Shown one piece after another: positions 26,411 through 37,813 of a DNA stretch of 64,000 nt. The notes below the pieces were generated by a model. The model searched no databases. It saw nothing but the letters and a program-made list of their open reading frames with translations, and was not told the origin of the DNA. How positions within the stretch are numbered: the first letter of the stretch is position 1; every line of letters begins with the position of its first letter. The translations under genes were made by a program, and so were the position numbers. The DNA lies in NCBI GenBank assembly GCA_010015805.1, contig ML978146.1:62001-126000 (forward strand), written 5' to 3'. Origin of the DNA: Rhizodiscina lignyota. Lineage: Eukaryota.

Positions 26411-28558
26411 ATGGAGAAACGAGGACCAGGCTCTGGTACTAGCTCGTACGGCCAGGCTTGTATGCAGTGCTTCAAGGCGAAGTGTCGATGTGTGGCTCGA
26501 TCTGACAGCGACGGTTGCGAAAGGTCAGTTATTCTTTGTGCTGGCGATCCGATGGACCTCGTAGCACTCAGTTGATCGCCTCGCAGATGCTTGCGTCTCA
26601 AGAAACAATGCCAGCCGTCAGACTCGGTTCGTAGGCGCGGCCTTCAGAATCACGAATCGAGTGCACAGATTGCAAAGCTCGAGGGCCGAATTGATGCCCT
26701 CACGTCGATGCTTCAGTCTATCGTCAAGACCACTGGAGTGTCGGCCGATGTGCAACCCATCCTCAATGAGTCCTCAGTTGGGGCCACCATCAACCCTGCC
26801 AACGCCTACACTGACAAGAGCGCGCTCTCGGGTTCCCTGAATGATGCACTATCAGCGCCATCGCCACATTCAAGTCCGTTTCACGTCGGAGGCTCGTCCC
26901 AGCCACTTCCACCATCACCGCCCCTGTACGAGCCCAAAACTGACGAGGCCGAGGGATATCTAGACCTTTTTCGGACCCGGATGTTGCCATGCTTTCCCTT
27001 CATCTTTATGCCTCCCAGTGTGAATGCCGAGCAGCTACGCCGAGAGCGACCCTTTCTATTCCGGGCCATCGTCGCAGTGGCTACATCTTCGACAAAGCAG
27101 AAACTGGCCCGCACTGAAGGGCTGATGCACGTTTTGGCCAAGTTTGCCGTGCTGGAAAACCAGTCAAACATTGATATGCTGCTGGGCATACTAACATACA
27201 TTACATGGAGCACCCAACCTTTCCTCAAACGCGCAGGCAACTTGTCTCGCATGATAATGCTGGCCGTATCCCTGGTTTATGATCTCCAATTGGCTAAGCC
27301 ACCACTACCGGAAGCGCACATAATAGGGAAAATGACTCCGGGACTTGGAGATACTGATCGGGACGCAAGGGATGCCTCTGTTCAAGGCTTCTTAGAGCAG
27401 CAAAGAGCCATCTTGGCATGCTTTGTCCTAAGCTCTATGTATGTATAGCTCCGACCTTAACTCTACACTCAACACTACTTCATTATGTCTATTGTATATC
27501 TCCCACTGACATTGATATGCTCCAAGCATCTCATCTTACTTTGGACGAATAGATGCTATACGATGGACGCCACAGATGGAAGAGGGGCTTCGCGTCATGA
27601 ACATGAACAAGCAATGCCACTCAGACGAGGCTTTCGCATTTCAAGTACGCCTGCAGGTGTTCGCACAGAAGATAAATCACGTTCGAGAACAGCAGGAGGC
27701 AAATAGTGTCCACGTAACAGCAACAGCGGCAGCAACTCCTGTTCCAGCCTTTCTTTATCTTAGGGTGCTACAGGCCCAGGTACAAGAGCTCAAAGCCTCG
27801 CTCTCCCCGCATCTTCAACAACATGGTAAGTAGCACTGGCCCAAAGTGTGGGTGCCGCATCATTCCGGCTGTCCGGGCCTATGACTACTGACACACGGAC
27901 GTGGGTTGTAGGCATGCTCACTGCATATGCGCTCTACGTCGAGCTCTGTATTAACGAGGCGACGCGCCTAGCCAGTTCAGACGCCCCTCTGCTCCCCACG
28001 CCAGAGTCTACCAGCCATGTGAGTGGTACCGTGCCCGGATTCGAACGCCTTGAGTGCCTGTGGCGATCCGTACACGCCGTCAAATCATGGCTGGACGCCT
28101 TCTACACGATTTCGCCCGCCACGTACATTGGTTTCCCCTTTTTCTTTTGGTTCCAGCTAGTGCGTTGTATCATTATCCTGAAACACTTATCCACGTTTGA
28201 GGACCCGGCTTGGGACTGTCAGGCAGTGCAGAACACGGTTGACATGTCGTGGCTGCTGGACTGGATGGCTGAAAAAGTGGAGATGGCAAGCAGAGAGGCA
28301 GGTGAACGATCCGACGATGATCTGTTCCGGCAGTTGTCTAAGATGTTACGCCTATCTCATGGGTGGATTAGAGCAAAACGCGAAGCTGCAGAACGGGCGG
28401 CAGAAGGACCCGCCTCGGTCTATAATGACCGACTCGGTTTAGCAACTGCTGATGATGATGGGGCGGATCCAAATCAGATGGCTTGGATGAATGCTCTCCA
28501 ATCCGGAGATGAGACGTGGTTTGAGGATTTTTTTGGCTGGCCTTCCACAACACTATAG
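26411..28558 (+). CDS. Zn2Cys6 transcription factor, multi-exon
   Basis: ACMQCFKAKCRC...CER|CLRLKKQC cluster split by an intron; LRRERPFLF and FEDPAWD motifs typical of this fungal TF group. Confidence 0.9.
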
Positions 28559-28849
28559 CTACTTTGACACGAGCAGCCCAGCGTCTTCCTGCATCTACAA
28601 TTCCGTACCAAAAGCTCTCCAATTGATTTTGATCGAGATAATACATGTTTAGTTAGTAGGTGCCCTACGTAGGCTAGCTATAGCCTAAAAAGGCGTATAA
28701 AACCTCCTTTTATTCCTTACATTCAACTTACCCTTCTATCTTAGGCCGGTCCACTACTTCTAATACAGGGCCACTCATGCAAGGTAGTTCCGGAGGGAGC
28801 AGATATTCTGATTCTCTAACAAGTATTCCGCTAATAACATTCATGATGC

Positions 28850-29450
28850 CCGCTCGTTTTGCCAAAAGGCACTCAGGGGTAGTTGCTTTAGATCGCTTTT
28901 TTCATAAATCTCCCCGTCGTATATATCATTGCCCCTTGTCGCTTCGTCTACAGTATCGGCGACAGTGATCTCACCAATGCTCAAGCCCGCTACAATGGTA
29001 ATAGATGTGGTCAGCGGTGTGCGTACCAGCTATAAGTCGTCTTTGAATGTATCTCCAATCAAGCATGCGCGATCGTTAGGCGTGTATTCGTCTAGAACCA
29101 TAAAGAGATCTGACGTAATATTCCAGCCGGCAAAGTTCTTAGACGGATGAGGACGTAATAAACATCCATTCTACATGTGCGAACTCCTCTTTGCATACTT
29201 TTTTGCAAATTTTGAGAGTAGCTGTGAGAGCATGATAAGCGGAAGGGTCATGATAGTGCGGCACCGCCGATTTACCTCGTTTGGGGTATCTGCCGTAACG
29301 AATATTAGGAGGATCTTGTCCGCATCCTCTTCCTCTTGCTGAGATGGCTGCTTGCTTTGATGGAGATCTTGGATCGATTTCAGTTCTTCAGGCTGAGGTT
29401 CTGTGTTTTGAGAAATTTCGACTGCGATTAGAACTTCACCCAGCAAGCTT
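28850..29450 (-). pseudogene. Possible remnant of a fungal hypothetical gene
   Basis: Protein-like segments (ILLIFVTAD; VLDEYTPNDRACLIG..LVRTP) broken by stops; no start codon. Confidence 0.3.
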
Positions 29451-29976
29451 ACAAGCAGCTTCGCCCTTGCCAGTTTGCTCGTCGAGGTGAATGGCCCAAT
29501 GTTAGGTCCTACGCGCTAGCTGCATAGACCACCAAAAAGGTAACAATGTCTGAACATCTAATGTTCAGGCGTTAGAAGGCGTATATATACGACCGTAACA
29601 CCCAATGAGGCTCGATATCTTCTCGGCGTCTGATGCAATCCTCCATTCGCTTGGTCGACGACCAAACAGGGATCTGGCCCTCCATCGCAAAGGGTCATTG
29701 AACATCGACACGATTGTAGACGCAGTGATGAAAGGTATTTATATGCGCCAGACAGGGGTTTAGCGAGCTCTCTAGCGGTGTTTGTTGGCGTTGAATTTAA
29801 AGGATCAAACATTTGATTGGCTGAGCTGCGTGAGATCGTTCTCCCAACATGGAGACGCGTCGCGCGTCTCGCCGCCTTCTGATCTTCACAATTTAATCGC
29901 TAAATCTTCATGAAGTGCTCTACATTCCTATAACGGTGGCGTCCGTAGAATACAAGCGTCCAACTTTGCCCTCTAA

Positions 29977-31097
29977 CTATGCCAGGGACCCAGGCTTGTA
30001 CGGGAACTGCTCACGGAAGCGAGTAGCAATATCGCGACGCGTCGCAACCCACACAAATGGCTTCGAGGCAACATATTCCACAAAGTCTTGAAGCGCCTTG
30101 AAGCGGCCTGGCTTCCCAGAGACACGACAGTGCAGCCCAATTGTCATCATTTTTGGCTTCCCACGGTCTCCTTCCCGATACAGAACATCGAAGGCATTCT
30201 TCAGATGCTGCGTAAAATCACTGGGCCCGCCCCAGCCGTGTGGCGAACAGTACTTCAGGTCATTACAATCATATCTGAATAGGGTTCAGCTTTTACCGAA
30301 TTACAATGACTTCGAGCACATCACTTACGTATACGGAACCATCAGCATTCCACCCGGAGATTGCGAACCTTTACCGGCAGGAACATCAATCCAATACGGA
30401 ACGTCATCAGCGTAGGTGTCTGCCTCGTACAGCAAAGGCGTGTTCAACTCTTGGAACACTTCGTACACCAGAGCCCTCGAGTGCGGTGACAGTCTACCGT
30501 AATACCAACCCACTGGATACGAACCTGTCGTCTGCTTCAAAGACGCCATCTGACGGTGGATAAATTCCTTCTCTTGTTCTGGCGTCATACCGTGATAATC
30601 TACCCATCTGGACGTGTGCCATCAGTACTGTACACACATAGGAGACTTTGTGCGTACCGGTATGCATGAGACGCAACCTCATGGCCATTCTGCGTTGATG
30701 CCTCTGCGACTTCGGGGTTCTTTTCAAAGGCCTGCCCAACCGCATACCACGTGATGGGCATGTTGTGCTCCTCGAACAGGTCCAACATACGCCAAACTCC
30801 AACGCGTGATCCATAATCGTAATCGCTCTCGACATTGACAGCACGCTCTCCGGTTCGGGGAGGAATATCGGCCTGTTCCCAGAGACGGTTCTCGGATTGC
30901 GAATCTCCATTCAGCAACGTCCGCTCAGCGCCTTCTTCATAATTGATAACGAAAGACACGGCAATCTTTGCGTTGTTCGGCCATGTGAGCTTTAGAGATT
31001 TGCGTCCGTAGCCAACATGATCTCTTGGAAAATCATACTTTGTTCCCCGAAGGGGATCCGCGTTCTCCGCATCTAGCTTTGGAACCGTGTACGGCAT
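29977..31097 (-). CDS. Polysaccharide deacetylase (CE4) family, PuuE/allantoinase-like, 3 exons
   Basis: YDFPRD.VGYG, WPNNAKIAVSFVINYEEG, YDYGSRVGVWR, HEVASH, GWYYGRLS, YADDVPYW, FDVLYREG, MMTIGLHCR, GKPGR; stop at 29977. Confidence 0.9.
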
Positions 31098-31252
31098 CGT
31101 GTCAGCCAATTGGTATCGATGCAACAGAGACAAAGGTGTAAGGATAAAAACGGTGTGCTGTACTTACAGTTTGACGCTGAAGTTGATATTCGGAAATAAC
31201 GGCACGTTGGTTTTTTCTTGAGTAAGTCGAAATATGGTTGAAGGAAGCGACG

Positions 31253-31671
31253 CTTCCGAGCGGAAGTCTACTTCCGCGATTAGCAGTTGTTATAATGCCA
31301 AGCCGGATTGTCTTTCAATCGGAGTCTCTGGTGCGGGTGAGAAGCATCACCGCCTCTTTATTCTGCAAAGTCCAAAGATTCCTTTGTAATGATTCCTATA
31401 CCTATGCGTTCCGACACTGGAGAGGCCATCTCAACACTGCCTCTAACGTTAAAAGATGTTCACGTCTGAACTGTCAGCATTATCCAATGCGCGCCATCTC
31501 GACACTATAACTACCGCCCCACCATGTGATAACGCTCATCTCCGACGATATCAGATATCCAACTATCAGCCAGCGTCCTGACTCCGACTTTATCTTGCGA
31601 TGTGAGCAACATCAATTGAGAGCATACTTCGAGTGCAACCAATCTGGGATTCAGCACCCTGGCGATTATCT
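31253..31671. promoter_or_regulatory. Divergent promoter with CGG palindromes and clustered GATA sites
   Basis: CTTCCG-AG-CGGAAG-TCTA-CTTCCG (31253-31276); HGATAR matches at 31527, 31563, 31590 and 31666. Confidence 0.45.
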
Positions 31672-31755
31672 TGGACTAAGAATGTGAAAGCACATTGCGA
31701 AGTACCTACGACATTAAGAGCGTCAATCGACGCACTGATACGGCTAAGCTGCACC

Positions 31756-33023
31756 ATGGCGACTGTCACGCAAACCGTTCAAACTCAGGCTGAACCGGAA
31801 TACGTCTATTTTCACTACGATGGTGTTTGGGGTCACAAGCGCGAAGTCCTGAAAGGCTCTTGCCGAAAGCAGACCTTCACCGAGATCCCAGTCGTTGACA
31901 TTGCTCGTCTTTACTCTCAAGATGTTGAAGAGCGCATCGGTGTTGCAAAAGAGATTATCCACGCATGCGAGAACGTTGGCTTTTTCTACATTCAAAATCA
32001 TGGCATTCCTCAAGACCTGATCCATGGAACGCTGGAATCGAACAAGAAGTATTTCAACAAGCCACTCGACGAGAAGATGCAGCAGTATATATATAAGAGT
32101 CGGAATCTTCGTGGGTATGAACCTGTCCATGGGGCGAGAGTCGATGCTACGAAAGCTACTGGAGGTGAGATCAAAATGAGCATTGAATACACGCTCTGAC
32201 AATGTCTGGTAGACCGCAAAGAGTCCTTCCTCTTCAGCTACGATCCAGAGGAAGATGAGATTGTTCCTGAGTTGACCGAAGAGCAACGCGCATTGCTGTC
32301 TCATAACCTCTGGCCGGAAGACGATGAAGGATTCCGAAAGCAGTCTTGGGATTACCATCGTGCACTTCTCCGTCTTGCACGCAAAATGATGCAAGCATTT
32401 GCACTGGGTCTTGGTGAGAAGGAAACTTACTTTGATGAGCTCGTAACTGCGCCCCTCACGAGCATCAAGAAGATTCACTATCCGCCTCAAGATTTGACAA
32501 GCACGGATGAGACGGGGATTGGCGCGCACACGGACTTCGTCTGTACGTTGTGCTCTAACTCAAACTTCACCGTACCGCGCCACTGATCATAAGCAGGCTT
32601 CACTATTCTTCATCAAGACAACACCGGCGGGCTTGACGTCCTCAACGCAAACGCTGAATGGGTGCCCGCACCTCCAATTCCAGGAACATTCGTTGTCAAC
32701 ATTGGCGATTTCCTTATGCGTCTCACGAATAACCGCTTCCTTTCTACAGTGCACAGAGTCAAGAATGTCTCTGGGAAAGACCGGTACTCGATGCCATTCT
32801 TCTTCAGCTTCGGCATGCACGACTTCGTGTCGGTTCTCCCATCCTGCTGTGGACCAGACAATCCTCCGAAGTATGAACCGATTACCGTTTCGGATGTAAG
32901 TCGAGTCAATCAACCTAGAGACTAATTAAAACTAATTGGCTGTAGTATTACAAGCGCCGACACGAGATCCAGAAAAAGGCATTTGCCGATCGGCAATCAG
33001 GCAAGGCGACAGTGTACAGCTGA
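31756..33023 (+). CDS. 2-oxoglutarate/Fe(II) dioxygenase (IPNS/DIOX_N family), 4 exons
   Basis: EIPVVD, ACENVGFFYIQNHG, HYPPQ, HTDF (HxD), VVNIGD, STVHRV, RYS; last exon ends TGA at 33023. Confidence 0.93.
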
Positions 33024-33519
33024 AGCATTACACGATTATGACCTTCATCTCATTGTTACGACTTTATATATTCCAATAATTCATGTTTGCGAACAATCCC
33101 ATTGTATTCCTACAAGGATTCTTAATCAACTGTCTTCGCAACTTGTATCTCTTTTTCCCTTGACAACCCAAAGATTGGCCATTTGCGGTGCCCATTTTCT
33201 CTCTGAAAAATGCGCGCGTATATGTACAATCTCAAAGGAGAATTCGAAGGGTGTCCATCTGATTTTTTTTCTCAGTTCCTTTGCAGCATCCTGCGGCGCT
33301 TGGAGGCGGTATTTAAGTACGCCGCAAAGAACGCACAGTTTGCATCACACTGTGCAACACTCTCATTCATCACGCGAGAGTTATCATTACCCATTCCGAA
33401 TACCTCGAATGCCTGCGGCGACAACTCCGCATACTCATCATATCCTGGGCCCTTCGTATCTCCTCACTCTGCATAGAAATCTTCGCACAAGAGACTTCGG
33501 CTCACGTGCCTTACTGACC

Positions 33520-33850
33520 ATTGATATATCTCCGCCAGCTTCGGCCTCTACCAGCTTATCTTGGTCCTCATAGAGAACACTCAGGTATTTAACTGTAGGA
33601 AGCGTCGCTGTATGCCTTGGTCCTAATACACCTACCTAGCCTTGCAGCACCTGGTTCAGCATCATGTCCGCTCCGCCTACCTTCCTTCGCTTCCTTTAAA
33701 GATCGTCTATATTTCTAACCGTTTCGAGTGTCGATGTCCGCTTTGGCCCAAGTACTTTCTCACGGCTTTTGAGCGCCCGAATGTACACGGCCTCCGCCTC
33801 GGCCACCTTGCCTTGGTCGGCGTATAAATGCCCGAGTAGGCGATTGGCAT
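33520..33850 (-). pseudogene. Remnant of kinesin-light-chain-type TPR repeats (fungal NLR C-terminus)
   Basis: Manual translation: LGHLYADQGKVAEAEAVYIRALKSREKVLGPKRTSTLETVRNIDDL*...MLNQVLQG*..VLGPRHTATLPTVKYLSVLYEDQDKLVEAE; about 2.5 repeats of 42 aa with stops. Confidence 0.8.
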
Positions 33851-33947
33851 CTGGGATGGCCATCTGGTAAAAGGCAATACTACCACCAGCTCTCTTGATA
33901 TGGATGAATCTGTGACAAAAAGTGATTGAATTACTTTGAATCTATCT

Positions 33948-34799
33948 CTACGGTCTATTCTGTTTCGATAAATCGTTCCTGTAAAGTGGGTTCTCCTCCA
34001 CTTCCCGCACCCAAAGTGGCCAAGGCTTAACTACCCCTGTTTTCCCGGTGGATTTTCCTTCGCGTTCGGTCATGAACTGAATCTGTTCCCCCAATCCAAC
34101 AGCGGCCATTTGAACCTTAGCATTCTGAGTAGTGTAGACACCTCTTAGAACTGTCATCTCCAGCGAGTCAGAAGTAGCTACAAATCCATGGCCCCTCATC
34201 AGCACAACAGGGTGTGTTGGCTGGCCGTTGACTGCTGATCCTAGTGACTTTGCTAAATCCAAACCCAATCTAGTATCTGTCACCTTCATATCCTGCAAAT
34301 AATCAGGGTACTCCCTGTAGACAGTCGCTACATCCCAGACCGGAACTGCAGTACCAAGAAATCCTGCCCTATGGAAACAAGCCTGGAGTGGGGTGGAAGA
34401 TATTGAGAAAGGCACCACATCAAGGGAGTGTGAGTGCAAAACCGATTGCGTCTCGGGGTAGGCTTTGTAAATTTCAGAATGGATGAAGCGTTCCGAGAAC
34501 CCTGTTAATTCTTTTCAGTTTCCTAGCGCACTACTTGGAGGACAATACAAACCTCTTGGGGCATCAGCTGCCACCGCCTCTCCATCTTCTACCTTGTATA
34601 CCACCAAGTCGTCTGTTGACGCAGCAAGTGCTGGTGCTAAGTATCTGCACATTAAGAAAGTGGATGGTGATAGGCGGACTGAGATGTGTCCATAAGCGTC
34701 CAAAAGGTCATGGTAGTGAAGAATGTGGCAGGCATGGAGATATTTGCAGAGCAATTCTTCTGAGATCTGACTGATCTCTGTGATTTCGTTGTCTCTCAT
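33948..34799 (-). CDS. Class II aldolase/adducin-family metalloprotein (possible decarboxylase), 2 exons
   Basis: LDAYGHISVR, ERFIHSEIYK, HSHS, LMRGHG metal-binding histidines. Confidence 0.9.
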
Positions 34800-35287
34800 C
34801 TTAGGGCTCGAGTTTTGATTAATCCTGGTGAAGTGGGATTGCTTGGGAAGCTTTGCGTCTTAAATCTTTTGAACATGTGGAAAATCAGTCAATTGCCGTG
34901 TTTCAAATCCCGCTTCATATCATTCCACTCTTCAAAAATAAGATAGCAATCTGTTCGGAACTCATTTCCCCGGATGACAGATTCCTCCATCATTCCGGGG
35001 AGATTTGGGTCTGCCCAGGTCAATGGGTATGTCAGTCCTTTTCAGATCGGAAAGTCCGATGATGGATGTCGTCCCCTGTTTGCTCCCCGCAGATGAATAT
35101 TCATCGTCTTGATAGGGTACCAATCACTATTTAATGAGTGCAAGCTGTCTTTGCAGATTCCCGACTAAAGACGCAGATCAGAAGACGGATACCCACTGCT
35201 TTCCTCTTTTCTCCTCTCCGAATCTGGGACGTGGCTTACTTGTGCCTCTCCTCTGTCAGTCCAACAGTCGTGGTCATATTTGTCGAC

Positions 35288-37192
35288 ATGACACCGCACC
35301 CTACCGACAAGGACATTTCGTCCTCCTCCTATATAGAGGAACTACGGATTGATCCCATGGGAGAAATGAAAGTCCCCGTGTCCGACTTGAAGCTGGACTC
35401 AAATGGGCTACCCCTGGTGCCTCAACCATCTAATCAACCATCTGATCCTTTAGTAAGAAGTCTTTTAAGAATATGTCGAAGAGAAGAGCTACTCTTTCTA
35501 ATACAGAACATTGCAGAACTGGCCAAAGTTGTACAAATACTATGTGCTGCTCTTACTTTGCGTTCTTGCGTTTTCCGTGCAATGTAATTGACCCCTCTCA
35601 TCTAGCGTCCATCGTGTCTGGCTCATCCAAGTTGTACTAACGCTCATCGTTCTGCATTACAGTTGGCGCGGGAATGACTCCGGCAGCTTTTGCTCCCATT
35701 GCCGAAGACTACAAAGTAACCGATCAGCAAGCCAGCTATCTGACAACCTGCAACTCCCTCTTCGGTGGTGTCACGCCTCTGCTTCTTACACCGTATGTCA
35801 ATATGTATGGCAGGCGACCTGCTTACCTGGTACGAACTTGATCTATTCTCAATTCGTCCAAGTTGGAGTCACTTATCAAAGCGCCCATACAGGTGTTCAC
35901 GTTGATCCTGATTGCGGCCAATATTGGTTCAGGCTATGCCGCTACCTATGCTGGACAAATCGTTGCTCGTTGTTTCTCTGGCGTTGGTGCCAGCGTCGCT
36001 CTGTCTATTGGAGGTGCTACGGTGCGTTATATACTCTCTTCGATGGACAACAGGATTCCCCAGCTGATTTAGACCGGCACAGATTTGCGACATGTTCTTC
36101 CAAGGTGAACGTGGACGCTTCATCGGATTTTATGCCCTGGCTATAACAAATGGAGTGAGTGATGCTTTCTACGGCCATGTTTATTTGAGCCACAATGCTA
36201 ACCACGACGACTGCTTCAAAGCCTCACTTTGGCCCTATTGCCGGTGGATATATCGCACTTAATCTGGGGTGGAGATGGATCTTCTTTGTGAGTATAAGAT
36301 CTTACTTCAAGTCAGTCAGCACCGATCAACTAACCTGCTTCTCTCTAAACAGATCCACTCCATCATACTGGGCATGATTCTCGTAGTCTTCGTCTTGTCA
36401 TTCCCAGAAACGCTGTTCTCACGACTCGAATTCAGTAATCTGGAGGACCTGAGCTACTGGAACAAGCTCGCTTTCCGAGGCAAGGTGCTCGACCGGCAGA
36501 TGCACATGTCTGACTTCCTTAGCAACTTCAAAATGCTCAAGTACTGGACTGTAGTGATTCCTTGCATCTACTACATGACCGCAAACGTGTATGGTTCCAT
36601 CCTCTTCGTCTTGACCGCATCTAGCATCACAAAGCAATTGTATCACTTCGACACCTCGCAGACCGGCATTCTGCTCGGTGTACCCTTAACGATTGGCTGT
36701 CTGATCGGTGAGGCCTGCACTGGGTGGATCTCTGACCGGCTGATTAATCAGTACGCCCGACGACATGACGGTTACCGCAAGCCGGAGGCGCGACTGCATC
36801 TGTGCTTTTTGGGCCTATTTCTCCCGGCCGGTCTCATTATTCACGGCGTCTGCGTCAGTGAGCAGACGCCATGGATAGGCCTCGCGATTGGTATGGTGGT
36901 TGCCTCGATTGGAGTACAGGCCGCCACTACTTTGACCTATACATATGTTAGCGATTGTTACAAGCCGCAGGCACCCGAGGTGTTGACCATCGTCAACCTG
37001 TTTCGTCAAATTTTTGCTTTCACCATCGGCTTCTACGCGCTTCCGTTTGGTCATAAGGCCGGGTTCGACGTGGCTTGGGGCACGTTTGCCGCCATACAGT
37101 TTGTGACTTGGCTCCCTTTGCTGATGTTGATCTGGAAGGGAGAGGGTATTCGGAAATGGCAAGGCGTGCCGAATTTGCATCAGGATCTATAG
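35288..37192 (+). CDS. MFS transporter (Hol1/DHA1-like), multi-exon
   Basis: LVPQPS..PSDPLNWP, YGRRP, GPIAGG, LGWRW, PETLF, RKPEARL, YVSDCYK; many hydrophobic helices. Confidence 0.88.
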
Positions 37193-37813
37193 TTGCAGAA
37201 CATCTCGATAATCGAGGACTTTGTCCGCTGTATGGGCAAAGTCAGTCCATGGCTGCCATAGTGAATCGGTATACTACCAGCCATAGCGGCCTTCTTCCTG
37301 ATAGAACGATCAAATCATTTCTATAAAGTAAAAATAAGCCGTCACTTCTGTGGTTGCTGTGATACATGTAGTTATCTAGCCTTGCATGGTGATTGATTTG
37401 AAAATGCGCACTTTGAGCTCTCCAATGGCCGACAGCCGACGCTCAACCACCTCGACCGCTTGCCATTCGTCGTGGGGTTCGTCATCGTTGCCATCAACAG
37501 CGCGGAGGAGCGGTTGAGGTTCCTGTCGCTGGCCACGGTCCAGGAGTTCCAGTACTCTGGATGTGGGGAGTGGGGAGTTGTTGGTCCCGGTCTGAGGAGC
37601 CGCACAACCCCAGATCGCTCTCCACAACGACCGGGGAGCTAATTCACGTAACTCCGCCAAGCATCGCCAAAGCACCTCCGCAACTCCCCCTTTTCCCTTA
37701 CTTTATCAGAGTACAAACGTAAGAATAGCTAGAAAAGCTCCCATCTAATCGGAAGGTAATTCAGCGCGTTCTTTCCATTGTTTTCTATCTCTGATCTCCT
37801 ACCTCCGACATTC

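Noticed and set aside
29852..29870. Hairpin GAGACGCG-TCG-CGCGTCTC downstream of the CE4 gene
   Set aside because: An isolated 8-bp stem with no Helitron or other element context
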